Source of the DNA: Camelus dromedarius
Lineage: Eukaryota
Length of the DNA: 64,000 nucleotides
Assembly: GCF_036321535.1 (NCBI RefSeq)
Contig: NC_087437.1
Span: 57,414,001 to 57,478,000, forward strand
Reading direction: 5' to 3'
Below the pieces are notes generated by a model. The model saw only the letters and a program-made list of their open reading frames with translations. It had not been told where the DNA came from and did no database searches. The position numbers and the translations under genes are program-made. Below are positions 12,344 through 23,392 of this stretch, in pieces (the stretch's first letter is position 1; every line of letters begins with the position of its first letter).

Positions 12344-13246
12344 TTAGAATAGCCCTTTCAATATTTCTTTTAGCATGGGTTTAGTGTTGCTAAACTCCTG
12401 CAGCTTTTTTTTGTCTGTGAAACTCTTTATTTCTCCTTCTATCCTCAAGGATAGCCTTGCTGGATAAAGGATCCTAGGCTGCATCTTTTTTTCATTCAGG
12501 GCTTTGAATATATCTTGCCACTCCCTTCTGGCCTGTAGTGTTTGTGTAGAGAAATCAGCTGAGAGCCTTATGGGGGTTCCCTTGTAACTTACTCTTTGCT
12601 TTTCTCTTGCTGCCTTTAGAATCATTTCTTTATCCTTGACTCTGGCCATCTTGATTATGATATGTCTTGGTGTGGGTCTATTTGGGTTCTTCCTGTTTGG
12701 GACCCTCTGAGCTTCCTGTACTTGGATATCTGATTCCTTCTTTAAGTTTGGGAAGTTTTCAGTCATGATTTCTTCAAAAACCTTTTCAATCCCCTTTGAT
12801 CTTTCTTCTCCTTCTGGGACCCCTATTATGTGAAGATTGGGATGCTTTATATTATCCCATAGGTCCCTTATGCTATTTTCATTATTTTTTATTTGCTTCT
12901 CTTGTAGTTCTTCTGAATGGGTGCTTTCTATTGCCCTGTCTTCTAGATCACTAATTCGTTCCTCTGCATTATCTAGTCGGCTTTGCACAGCTATTAGATC
13001 ATTCCTCATCTCTGTCAGTGAGTTTACCCATTCTACTTGGCTCTTCTTTATAGCTTCAATTTCATTTTTGACATATTTTATATCTCTAAACACTATCTCT
13101 TTTAATTCCTTCAGCAATTCGATCACTCCTTTTTTGAAATCTTGATCTAGTAGGCTATCGATGTCTATTTCATTGATCTTTCTTTCAGGGGATTTCTCTT
13201 GTTCTTTTAACTGCGAAAGGTTTTTCTGCTTCTTCATCTTGCTCAT
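12344..13246 (-). CDS. L1 ORF1p (RNA-binding chaperone), intact 300 aa
   Basis: ATG-initiated and uninterrupted, with a coiled-coil region and conserved ORF1p motifs (NLHIIGVPEGEE, ENFPNL, PRHIIIK, ILKAAREK, RLSADFS, ARREW, YPARLS). Confidence 0.93.
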   Translation of the reverse strand: MSKMKKQKNLSQLKEQEKSPERKINEIDIDSLLDQDFKKGVIELLKELKEIVFRDIKYVKNEIEAIKKSQVEWVNSLTEMRNDLIAVQSRLDNAEERISDLEDRAIESTHSEELQEKQIKNNENSIRDLWDNIKHPNLHIIGVPEGEERSKGIEKVFEEIMTENFPNLKKESDIQVQEAQRVPNRKNPNRPTPRHIIIKMARVKDKEMILKAAREKQRVSYKGTPIRLSADFSTQTLQARREWQDIFKALNEKKMQPRILYPARLSLRIEGEIKSFTDKKKLQEFSNTKPMLKEILKGLF

Positions 13247-14943
13247 ACCTCTTTGGCACTGTGGTTTATGGAGTATCAGTTGTTTATTTTGGTCCTTAAG
13301 GATTTTATCTATCTGATGCCTATTTAGGAATAGAACTTAGGAAAAAAAGAAAAAAAAAATAAGAGAGAGAGAGAAAGAATTTTAAAAGAAGGGAGAAAGA
13401 GGGTTTGAAAACAGTGTATAATGAATAATAGAAGAGTGAGTTGAAGCAGAGTATTAATCGGGTTGAGACGTCCTTTTGAAACCTTTACAAAAAAAGGGGG
13501 GGGGGATGAATAGATGTATTTGAAACCTGTGTCTAATCAATAGCAGGACATCAAAACCCGAGAGAAATAGAAATGAATTAAGAAGTAAAAATTAAGAGAG
13601 TAATAGAAAATAGAACAGGTAAAAACAGATTAAAAAAAGGGGGGGGGTTGTCGGTGTTCTCCTGGAGTCTGTGTGCTTTTAATGTGAAGTCTTTCTGTCT
13701 TCGTCCTGTTTTGGAAGCTCAGCTTGCTGTTTTCAGAGGCCCTCCGTTGGCGCCCTCTTCTGTGCTGCTCCCAGCACCTGTCGGCAAGCAGATCGCGCCT
13801 CCTCCTAACACTGGGTCAGGTGCAGCTCTCTGCTGTGGGCGGGCGGGTCGCTGCCCCTCCGGATGCCGCAGTCAATGTTGCAGACTGGCCAGGTAGAAGG
13901 GCGGGTCGTGCCCCCTCCCAGCAACTCGGTCAGGGGCTGTGTTCCTGCCCGAAATACAGGGGGGCCGCTCTCCCTCTACCTGCGCCATCGGTAGCTCCAC
14001 TCTCTGGGCGGCTGCGCGCTCCGCCCTGGTCGGCGCTCCGCCCTGGTGGGTGCTCCGCAGGTGGGCGCTCCGCAGGTGGGCTGGGGAAGACCGAGGGACA
14101 GCCCTGTCCCTGCTCCGAGCCAAAACCCAGCTCCTTGTTTGTCTTTGTGGAGCAAGTTCTCTGAGGGACCAGGATGGAAGGATCCTATCTGCCCCGGGCT
14201 GCAGGCCAGTCTCAGTCTGGCCTTTGAGGCTGCTAAGCCCTTCGGTGCGGATGCAGGTTTCGCCCCCGCCCCCGCCTGAGTGCTAAGCGCGGAGGATATG
14301 GCGGCTGTGCCTGAGCCCCGCCTCTCTTCCCCCGAAAACTTTCCGCGGGTTTTCAGAGATGGGGGTGTGCACCCTTCCCCCGAGAGCACATCAACCTCGT
14401 TGTTTTATGGAGGGCCCAGGTTGTTCTGCCCTGTGCACCCACAGCCACGGCGCGCAGCCTCTTGCGTTCCCCCGGGGCTGCCTCCGTGCAGCCACTTCCG
14501 TCCTACGCCCGGCTTGTGCAGCCTGGCCCTGCCCGCCGCTGCCGGCCTGTCTCAGGCTGGGTGTTGGGGGGACGCTCTGTGCGGGTTTAGCTTAGTTCTG
14601 TCAGTCAAGGGCTGCTCTGTACAGATCCGAGCCTCGGAGGCTCCCCCTCCGTCCCGCTGGCCTCTCAGTTGGAGAGGGGAGACCCAGCGAGCGAGCGCCA
14701 GTCCTCCTTTGCCGCTCCCTCCCCGCGGGACCCGTCCCGCGCTGCTTTGCCTTTTGTTCTTTCTTTTTTCCTTTTCTCCTACCAGATTTTTGGCGTCTTT
14801 GTCTTTTGAAGAGGGCGATGTGCTGTCGGAGTTCCGCAGGTGCTCTGGTTGGCTGAGTGGGTCTGTAGATGTGGGTCTTGGTGTATTTGTGGGAGAGGGT
14901 GACCTGCGAGCGCCCTTCTACTCTGCCATCTTCTCTGTCTCTC
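13247..14943 (-). promoter_or_regulatory. L1 5' UTR / internal Pol II promoter with CpG-rich segment
   Basis: GC/CpG-rich from about 13740 to 14940 in an AT-rich background. YY1-type AAGATGGC motif at 14925-14932, near the element's 5' end as in other mammalian L1s. Confidence 0.85.
14018..14081. repeat. Short GC-rich tandem array in the L1 5' UTR
   Basis: Two 17-bp units (gctccgccctggtcggc, gctccgccctggtgggt) followed by two 15-bp units (gctccgcaggtgggc). Confidence 0.85.
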
Positions 14944-14960
14944 AAAACTGGATCATTTTT
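14944..14960 (+). repeat. Right TSD of the full-length L1
   Basis: Identical to 7695-7711. Confidence 0.92.
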
Positions 14961-16379
14961 ACAAGAACTTTAGGACAAATCTCGTTTTCTCAGAGACTTT
15001 CCATAGGCACACCATCTCTTGAGTCAGTGACTCCATAAGAATCATCACTAGTGGGCATCCTGGCATCTCATTTTTGCCAAGAACACTAAAGCTTTGAAAA
15101 GGAAAAGATGGAAAAGGAATCAACTTCCAGGCTGAGTTAGGAGGGTTGTGGGAAAAAAATGATTGCCTCATTTTTAAAAATGTATAATTTTCTCTCCTTC
15201 ATGAACGTAGTATTAAAAATTTTGGAAAAATTGTATTTTTTTAATGAAGTAGAGAGACCCTTATTTTAATTAGTGAACCAATAGATGCCCTCAGTTTTAA
15301 GGTGCTGTTTTGAAGAAATAGTGGGAGAAGCATTAGCTCGATGATGTCCTAGGTGATTACTGACACTCAGGCAGACCAGCTGCGCTAAGCCACCTTTTCT
15401 TTTGCTGGGGCAATTTATTCCCCTTATGCCACCACCTCCTTCAGTTCAAGAGAATGTATATTTTAATTCCAAGGATGAAATAGAGGAAAAAGATCTAGAG
15501 ATATACATAAACTTTCAAATGATCACTTCATTGGGGTAATAAAAAAATCTATTACCTAGAAAGTGTCATTTATTAGCATATTCACATTTGAATCCTAATA
15601 GGAAAGTAAATAAAGTAGGGAAAAATGTTACTGTGTGAAATCTGTTTAACGTTTGGCTTAGAAGAAAGAATGAAGTTGAAAAATGTAGTAAAATATAGAC
15701 AAGGACTAAGTAAACATCAGAAGATAATGGCAAAACATTAGTGATGTCATCTCATATTTATTTATATATCAGTTTAGAGTTTGATCTACACACATCTGTG
15801 TGATATTGTCAGGACAGATAATATAAGGTCCTTCTTACTGATGATGGATTTTATAAGACATAAAGATGGAGAGAGAGATTCTTTCCCAATCAGAAATATT
15901 CTACACATGGTAATCTGAGTAACTCTTCATGCACTAATGATTGATTCTTATTTTTGCTTCTTCAGCTTATACAGCATAATGTAGGAGTACATACAGTAAA
16001 AACAAACGATTCCACCTGGCACTCTGGGAGCGTTGGGAGTGAACGTGACATGATCCTGCCGGACGTGATATGAAGGAGTTTACATTGTGGTGAAGGGTGA
16101 TGTGTTGTATCAAGATGGTAAGAGCCACACCTGTGTGCATTTTATGAATCGAGTATGGAGGAAGACTCACGGAGCAGTCAGGGAGACTTCACCTACAGTT
16201 TACGGAGAAAAGGATAAAAGTTAAGAGGAAATGGATCATAGGCTCATTACCCGATGCTTCTTGCAGGTGACACTCTCTGTATGTAAAATGGATATTTGGC
16301 TTCAGAAAAATAGGAGTCAGACGATGTCAGACGTAAGATTTTGGTACTTAGCATATACAACATTTAGCTCTCAGAAGCA

Positions 16380-16600
16380 GAAGGGAATTGTGGTTTAGTC
16401 CATGAGCTTCAGTGCCTGATTGCTAGGGAAATTTGATTGGCCTTTTCTAGGGTCTGTGAATCTGGGCATGTTAACTTTTCCATCCTAAATTTGCTTCATC
16501 AGTAGCGAAGCTTCAGAGGATGGTTGTTAAAATGTAATTCATGTAAAGTTTTGCATTCCCAGCACATGGAAAGCACACATGAGTGTGAGTTCCTATTATT
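16380..16600 (+). mobile_element. MIR SINE fragment
   Basis: 'tgtgaatctgggcatgttaacttttccatcctaaatttgcttcatcagta' and a tail ending 'tcctattatt'. Confidence 0.45.
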
Positions 16601-17420
16601 TAAAAAAGATCAAGATGACAACGTTAAAGTACTTTCTGGAAAACAACTGTAAAAGTAGAATCTTATCATTAGAGGTTTGGTAATACACAAACCTCTGGCT
16701 TTGTCATGACTCTGACTGATTTTCTCCTTAGAAAACTCAATGATTTTTCTCCAATTACTTTCAATTGAGTTACCAAGAGGAAAGAGTAGGAGGCAAGCTT
16801 CAGGTACACAGAGTTTTATGACCTACATTTGCTACTGTCAGGAGTTGCCCACAATTCTTTATAAATCCAGGGAGCCATGTGATTGTAGAGCTGCACATTG
16901 CCAATTTAATTACTGGTTTCCCTGTTTCTCTCACCTACTCTCCAATGTTCCTAAGATCTAATGAGGTGGGAAAAATAAGATTTCCAATGCTGTAAGTGAC
17001 CTGAATTGTATGATTTTATCGTCCTCTTTAGATATAGTAGTAATAAAACATGGGCACATCCTATCTCTTTGTAGGACTGTGGAGATGAATAAAATAATTG
17101 GAAACAAGCAGCCCATTTGTTTTCAGGTTTAGTGTCCATTTTTCGAAAGAGCAATACTTAATTCTGATAGTACCTTGTTCACTTTCCACGTTTCCCGCTG
17201 GGAACAATGCCAAAACCAACCAGACCCCAAGCTGTGTCCACGTGAGCCTTTAATCCTTGTCCCTGCGAAGCTCCTCAGGTCAGTTCCTTTTTTCTGGAAT
17301 GCCCTACCACAGTCTTTGAAAATTTAGGCTCAAATTAGGGTAAGCCCTTAATGTTTTAAAATTTGACAACTAAATGTCCAATTGTAATTAATACAAATGT
17401 AAAATTTGAAAGAAAAAAGA

Positions 17421-17867
17421 AGTATCAGCATTCCAGAACTACCATTAACAAAATACCAAAATCTGGGTGGCTTAAGATGACAGAAGTTTATTCTTTTGGA
17501 GTTCTGGGAGCTAGATGTCTAAAATCAAGGAGCCAGCAGGCCATCTGAGACTCTGGGAAGACTCCTCCCTTGCTCTATCGCAGCTTCTAGTGGTGGCCGA
17601 GGACCCTTGGCATCTCTTGGCTTGTAGCTCATACTCCTATCTCTCCCTGTGTTCACCTGGCATTCTCCCTGTGTCATATGTCTTCACATGGCATTTTCCT
17701 CTTCTTATAAGTACACCCAACATAGTGAGTTAGGACCCACCATAATGACTTCATTTTAACTTGTTTACATCTGCAAAGACCTTCTTTGCAATTAAGGATA
17801 CATACACAAGTACTAGGGGTTAAGACTTCAACACTTCCTTTGGGGGGACAAAATTCAACCCATAACA
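17421..17867. mobile_element. MLT1 (ERVL-MaLR) solo LTR
   Basis: Typical MLT1 ends: 'tctgggtggcttaagatgacagaagtttattc...gttctgggagctagatgtctaaaatcaagg' and 'taagacttcaacac...ggggggacaaaattcaacccataaca'. Confidence 0.8.
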
Positions 17868-18597
17868 AGACATTTTATAAAGTATACTATGTATATTAGA
17901 TTTGTTTTATTATAAAGTATACTATGAATACAGATATTAGATATTATTTTCATATCTACTTTCCCAAACCTGCTTAGAATAATGCTTTAAACATAGGGGG
18001 ATATTAGAATACATCTCGATTTGAATTCAATTGCATTTTATCCCCATGGTTACATAAGCTACAATATTTTTCTTTGCTAACGCTATAGAATAACGCTCTA
18101 AGTTAAAAAAGAGATCTGGTCCTAGTATGACTATGGTTATCCTAGTGGGATAAAAGGGATTTTTCTGGAAATCATGGTTAATTTCCTGTTAAATTGAGCG
18201 TACATTTTTGGAGTCAGGAAATTCTAGACTGTATTCTTCTGCGTTTTTCTTCAGTTTCCCAAATCACTGTTTCACCTTTAGAGGCTCTGTTGATTTTTCT
18301 TCACTGTGTCACAGCCGTGGAAGCAAGAGTTCACCAGTTACTTGTAAAAAAGGCACCTAAGTAGCCAGCTGGGAAGCCGATTACATGAGTTTCGAAGCAA
18401 TTGTGGCCAACTGTCTAGAGGTCCGGCTTTGGAGAACTATCTTCATGGTGGATTTTCTTGCCCTTTCTGACCCTCTCGTTCCCCATTTGTTAAATGACAA
18501 ATTTAGAAATAAATGATATAAAATTTTCTTTCCAACTGGAAGTGATTTATGCTTTTTTGATGCATCCATGCCATCACATAACCTTACATCTGTGATA

Positions 18598-18753
18598 TTT
18601 TTTAAAATTTATTTTTGTTGGGGAGATCATTAGGTCTATTTACTAATTTATTATTTGTTTTGTTTTTTTTTAATGGAGATACTGGGGATTGAACCTAGGA
18701 CTTCATGCATGCTAAGCATGTGCTCTGCCACTTGAGCTATACCTTCCTCCCAC
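18598..18753 (-). mobile_element. tRNA-derived SINE (camelid Vic-1-like)
   Basis: The minus strand shows an A-box region (tatagctcaagtggcagagc), a B-box region (ggttcaatcccc) and an A-rich tail. Degenerate TSD tacat(c/a)tgtgat at 18585-18596 and 18754-18765. Confidence 0.85.
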
Positions 18754-19739
18754 TACATATGTGATCTTAACACATATTAGGAACATATATATTTACAACT
18801 AACTCCAGATATTCTTAAACCTTAAATTATATGAATACAGGCATAATTATGTAAAGATTAAACTCCAGATCTTGTTTTGTATGCCTACTAATATATGCAA
18901 ATATGAAGGCTTATTTTTCAAGGTTGTGTAATGGCAACGATATTTATGATGATGAACTTTCCGAATATAGAAATTTAATTATATTTTATAATTTTAGGTC
19001 TAGAATCTCAGAATTCTGACTCTCAGGCCAGACTCTCTTGACAAGCTACCACACTGAGGTTTAATTTTTAGCTTCAGTGCTAGGTGCATCTTTATTGTTT
19101 CTCAATTATTTAAATATTTTTAAATATTTAAATATATGCTTGTGGTTTTAGAGGCTACTTCTCAGTTAGCTAGAGTAGTCATCTAACTTGTACAACCATT
19201 TGCCAACCCCTCTGCAATAGCAAGTGCCCATCACATTTATTATATGCAAAGCCGTGCCTCACTGATGTCAAAAAAAAGTTTTTTCAAACTAAAGCTCCTG
19301 GCTTTTGTAAATTTTACTTAATAAACCAATTAAGCTCTATTCATTATAATCCCTGGAGGGTTATCCACCAAAGCAATGCTCTTACAACTAAATTGTCTAA
19401 TTGAAATATGTTCAATCTGTCTGAAATTGCCATTGAAGCATTTTACTGCTGCAGACCAGCAAAACTTGGATGGGTTTTGGATTCATCTAACAACTTGAGA
19501 GACAGATGGTGTTAAAAAGATACAGATGTAGCGGCTTCCATTGATTCTTAATATGCCCTCTTTTTTGTCGTCTTAAGCATTTTCACCAGCAAATGAAATA
19601 CTTGTTTTGCTAAAGTCAATGATTTGCATAGTAAATTAAAAGAAAAAAAAATAAGGCAATAACTTAAAACTTGGTTCATTACTGCTATAGAGAGGAAATT
19701 TTCCAAAAGAAATTTTTCATTTTAGAAAGCATGATTGTA

Positions 19740-20330
19740 TCATTACTCATTAATTCATTTACATGTTTACTTATACAATAAATAATTTTGAGCACTTGTC
19801 ATGGTAGGCACCATGATAGCCACTTGGGGATGGGTATAAGCATAATTAAGCTATGATTCCTGCTCTTAAAGAAGCTCTTGAGTAGAATGTGTTACTAAGT
19901 GGGAAAACTCCAAATAAGTTAAAAAGTGGGAAATATTATAAAAGATTAAGTGCTGTCAAAATTCAAACTTCAGAAAGACTATCTGTGGCCAAATTTATGA
20001 CAAAAATAACATTTAAAATAGGATTTGAATACTAGATTGGTTTTAATAAATGGCGATAGAAAGATAGATGTGGCGTTAAATGGAAACCTACAAAGACTAG
20101 AGATAATTGAAAGCAAATGAAAGAAAAAGCGACTATCTGGTGCAAAGATAAAATTGGAAGGATTGCTGGTTTTGCACATCAATTAAAGGGTTTGAACTTC
20201 ACTCACTAAATAATAAGAAACCACTAAAATTTTCTGAGTAGAGGAAGGTTATGTTTAGTGAGGTTTATTTGGGATGATACACAGGATAGCTTGAAGGAGC
20301 AAGGAGTGTCAAGCAAAAACTAATGCAGGA
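19740..20330 (-). mobile_element. L2 LINE 3' fragment
   Basis: A 'tcatt'-type tail followed by 'aataaataattttgagcacttgtcatggtaggcacc'. Confidence 0.5.
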
Positions 20331-20855
20331 GGCTGCAAATAAGAAAAGAGTTTTTTGGGAATCTTAAAAATTGCACTTGGAGAGACACAGGTTCAAGTAA
20401 ATCCAAAACAAAGTGTTCTGGGGAAAAGACATAGTCAGGGGCCTATAAAGACAAGGAGGGGTCATGGAAGCCAAAGGAAATGGAATATTTAAAAATTGAA
20501 AATTGTATAACAGTCAACTGGTAAACATTACAAGGAATTTTTAAGATGAAGATTGAAAAACGATTAATTTAACTGTACGTACTGTGCTTGGCAAGAGCAA
20601 GTTCAGTCATAGTCGCCAAGCACGTGGCAAAAATGTCTTGGAGGACTATAGACAAACTGAATCAAATCATATTATCTAACTTTTAAAATCCATTCTAGGT
20701 ATCTGCTGTAACAAGTGAGGAAGGCAAGATGCAAGAGAAGGCTTGAGTGTGAGCTGAGGTCTTGGAGACAAGAAGTCTTCAATGTCCTTCTAAATTGTTT
20801 AGTAAGGAAAATAAAGAGATGCTGTAATAGCGTGAGCATCTATGAAGGATAAAGA

Positions 20856-21449
20856 TGTTAGAGCAGGGAGGTAGCTAGATATGAGCAGAGAAAGGGGGAC
20901 ACAGACCAAATGGCACGGGTTGGGCAAAAACGAGGGGCATAGGCCAAATGCGTCATGTAGTCCTTGGGCAGAGAAAGAAAAGAAGGAACCTCTGGGTGGA
21001 TAAGCGATCATACATTTTGGGGTGAGGAGTGGCTTAGAGGCCAACAAAGAAAGATGGGAAAAGGCAGGAATCTGTAGTGTCCAAATGTCCTCTTTTGCTC
21101 TTTGTGCCCTCATTTCAATAAAATTAGCCGTGCAGATTAGAAGTACCCATCAAGGCCATGACAATTCTGATCCAGACTAAATAAGGAAAAAAATCCCTCC
21201 TCCCTTTGGGAAGGTAGAATTGGGATGAAAATCAGTGAATATAACCCCAAACTCTTCCCTCCCCAATTAGTATTCCAGCCATTCATTTTTACACTCTATG
21301 TAACCAACTTGCCAAACAAACTCAGGGCAAGTGCTCACCTGAGCCTGCCTGCTCTTCCCTTGAGAGTGTACTAGCCATCTCTTAATAAATCCCCGCTTCT
21401 GTCTCTGAATTCTTTCTGTGAGGGGAAAAGGACCTAGTCAACAGTGACA
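20856..21449 (+). mobile_element. ERV-type solo LTR
   Basis: Starts TGTTAG and ends ...GTGACA. TATA-like 'aatataacccc' near 21240, then 'ttgagagtgtact...cttaataaat' with a poly(A) signal. Flanks aaga/aagg resemble a short TSD. Confidence 0.65.
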
Positions 21450-22591
21450 AAGGTTTTTGTGCATTTGTTTATTTAAGACTGTTAAGGACATAAACATTTC
21501 AATAGGTTAAGGGATTGTGAGTGAAAACAGTTACAAGGAAAATTTTTTTAAAAGTAGAGGGAGAAAAAATCCCAAATATAGGTGTGTTTTTCTTCTCAAG
21601 ATAGGGGGAAAAAACTTAATGGGTGTATAAAAATATGTACAAAACATAATGGAAAGAAGAGATAACTAAAATAAGTTCCAATTGCCTTGCACTTTCCCTA
21701 ACAGAGAGAGACAATCATTTGTACATAAATGTAGGGACAGCAATAAGACTCTTACAAAAGTGGAAAATAATTTTCCATGATTAGAGGGTCAACTGGAGAA
21801 AAAAAGGGACTTTGGGAAAACAGCTATAATATAATAGCTTGAGCTTACAATTAACCCAATTAACAATTTTATGAATTTCTTCGTATGCTTTTAATTTTGC
21901 ATTGGGACATATCCAAGTTTGAGAGCTAGCAAAAAGAAATTCATTAGGACAAAGGATCAACTGTTTCCCCTTTTCAACAATCCATTTTCTGCTTATTACA
22001 GGCTAACACAAAGCTATGCTACAATTTTGCAAGAATACCTGATTATAGTATTTCTCAGCGATATCCATTATTCCTACAGCAAGAAAGTGCATTTCAAAAC
22101 AACTTAATAAGCAAAGTAGTCATCTGTTTACCATAGCTTCTTATCCTTCTCTTTGCACTTGAATGGATTTCAAGAAACCCTTGATAAATGTTTTCGTCAA
22201 TGACAAGAACTCTTCAAATACATCTTAAAAGAACAATTGATATTCATTGCTCAAAATCAGAATTACTCAACCTTCACATGATGAATCCAATGCTTCTTCC
22301 ATTTTTCTCTTTATCATTTGTAAAATGGAATGGGATCACACTTTGTCAAAATAAATTTGAAATGAAGGTATCTCACAAAAAGTATGAATAAGAAGCAGAT
22401 GAATGCACATTGCTACATTATGGAATGAAAATATGGGAACAGCTTCTGTGAACTACATCAGCTGGTAAACACACAAGGTCAAAAAGCTGTGATTGTAAGC
22501 CCTAGGGCATGGTAAATTCTGTTGTAACTTGATCCCTAGCCAGGGACCACAGATTTAACTTTAGGCACACACCTCAAAACTTAATGCCTTT

Positions 22592-22651
22592 CAATTGACA
22601 CAATATTGTAAACTGACTATACTTCAATTAAAATTTTATATATATATACAA
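22592..22651 (+). mobile_element. Extremely 5'-truncated L1 tail (about 60 bp) with TSD
   Basis: L1 terminus 'attgacacaatattgtaaactgactatacttcaattaaaa'. TSD aaaa(c/a)ttaatgccttt at 22576-22591 and 22652-22667. Confidence 0.8.
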
Positions 22652-22857
22652 AAAAATTAATGCCTTTTCCATAGGTGGTCAAAGAATAGAATTTCATGAG
22701 TTAGAACAATTTGGGGACAATGGAAATAAAGAGCTTTGGAATCAAGACACCTACCTTCCAGCCCTGATTCCACCACTAACTAGCTGGGAAGTCACAGTTA
22801 ACTCCTTCATTTACTTACTTATTCTATCATACATTCATATACTCATTACATACTTAC

Positions 22858-23392
22858 TTTGACTGAAATAAAATCACACAATGTGAGAACAGTGAGTTAA
22901 GTTTTATTTGGGGGCCAACTGAGGACTGTAGCCAGGGAGGCAGCACTTCAGATAGCTCTGAGCAACTGCTCCGAAGAGATAGTGGGGAAGGTCAATATTA
23001 TATATGATTTCAGTGAAGGTCAATATTATATATGATTTCAGTCATATTATATATGACTGCACATGTAGTCAAGCACACATTTAGACAGAGGCTTGCTGCT
23101 AGTTGCGAGGAACAGATGTCACCGTTAGTGCTTTTCTAGATATGAGATGCAAGAATTTGGGCTTATAAAATCTTCTCCTAAAAATATCTATCTATCTGAA
23201 GGCCTGTTCTGCCAGTTTTTCCCAGAGCACAGAGCGCTTCATTCCTGATCTCCACCCTGAACACCTTTCAGGGAGTGTTGGAGGTCAGCGGCTGCAGGGG
23301 CTTGTGATTTAATTCAGCAGAGGTAGATGGCAAGTGCCAGTGTGATTCAGACCTTGTAGAGGCAGATGGCAAGTGCCAATTTTTCATTGGCA
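22858..23392 (-). mobile_element. ERV1-type solo LTR inserted in an L2/MIR relic
   Basis: tttatt near the left end, body 'tgaggactgtagccagggaggcagcacttcagatagctctgag', right end '...cattggca'. Flanks cttac/cttat resemble a TSD. Contains internal tandem duplications. Confidence 0.7.

Larger units (their letters stand above)
7712..14943 (-). mobile_element. Full-length LINE-1 insertion, including poly(A) and 3'-transduced segment
   Basis: Contains 5' UTR, ORF1, spacer, ORF2, 3' UTR and AATAAA (7836-7841), bounded by a 17-bp TSD. The target reads TTTTT/AC, close to the L1 endonuclease consensus TTTT/AA. Confidence 0.97.

Noticed and set aside
8645..13145. Plus-strand ORFs up to 202 aa overlapping the L1
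   Set aside because: Antisense shadows of L1 ORF1/ORF2 codon structure.
13648..14945. Numerous overlapping Pro/Arg/Gly-rich ORFs in the L1 5' UTR
   Set aside because: Expected from stop-codon scarcity in GC-rich DNA. Only the longest ATG-initiated antisense frame is kept, as a tentative finding.
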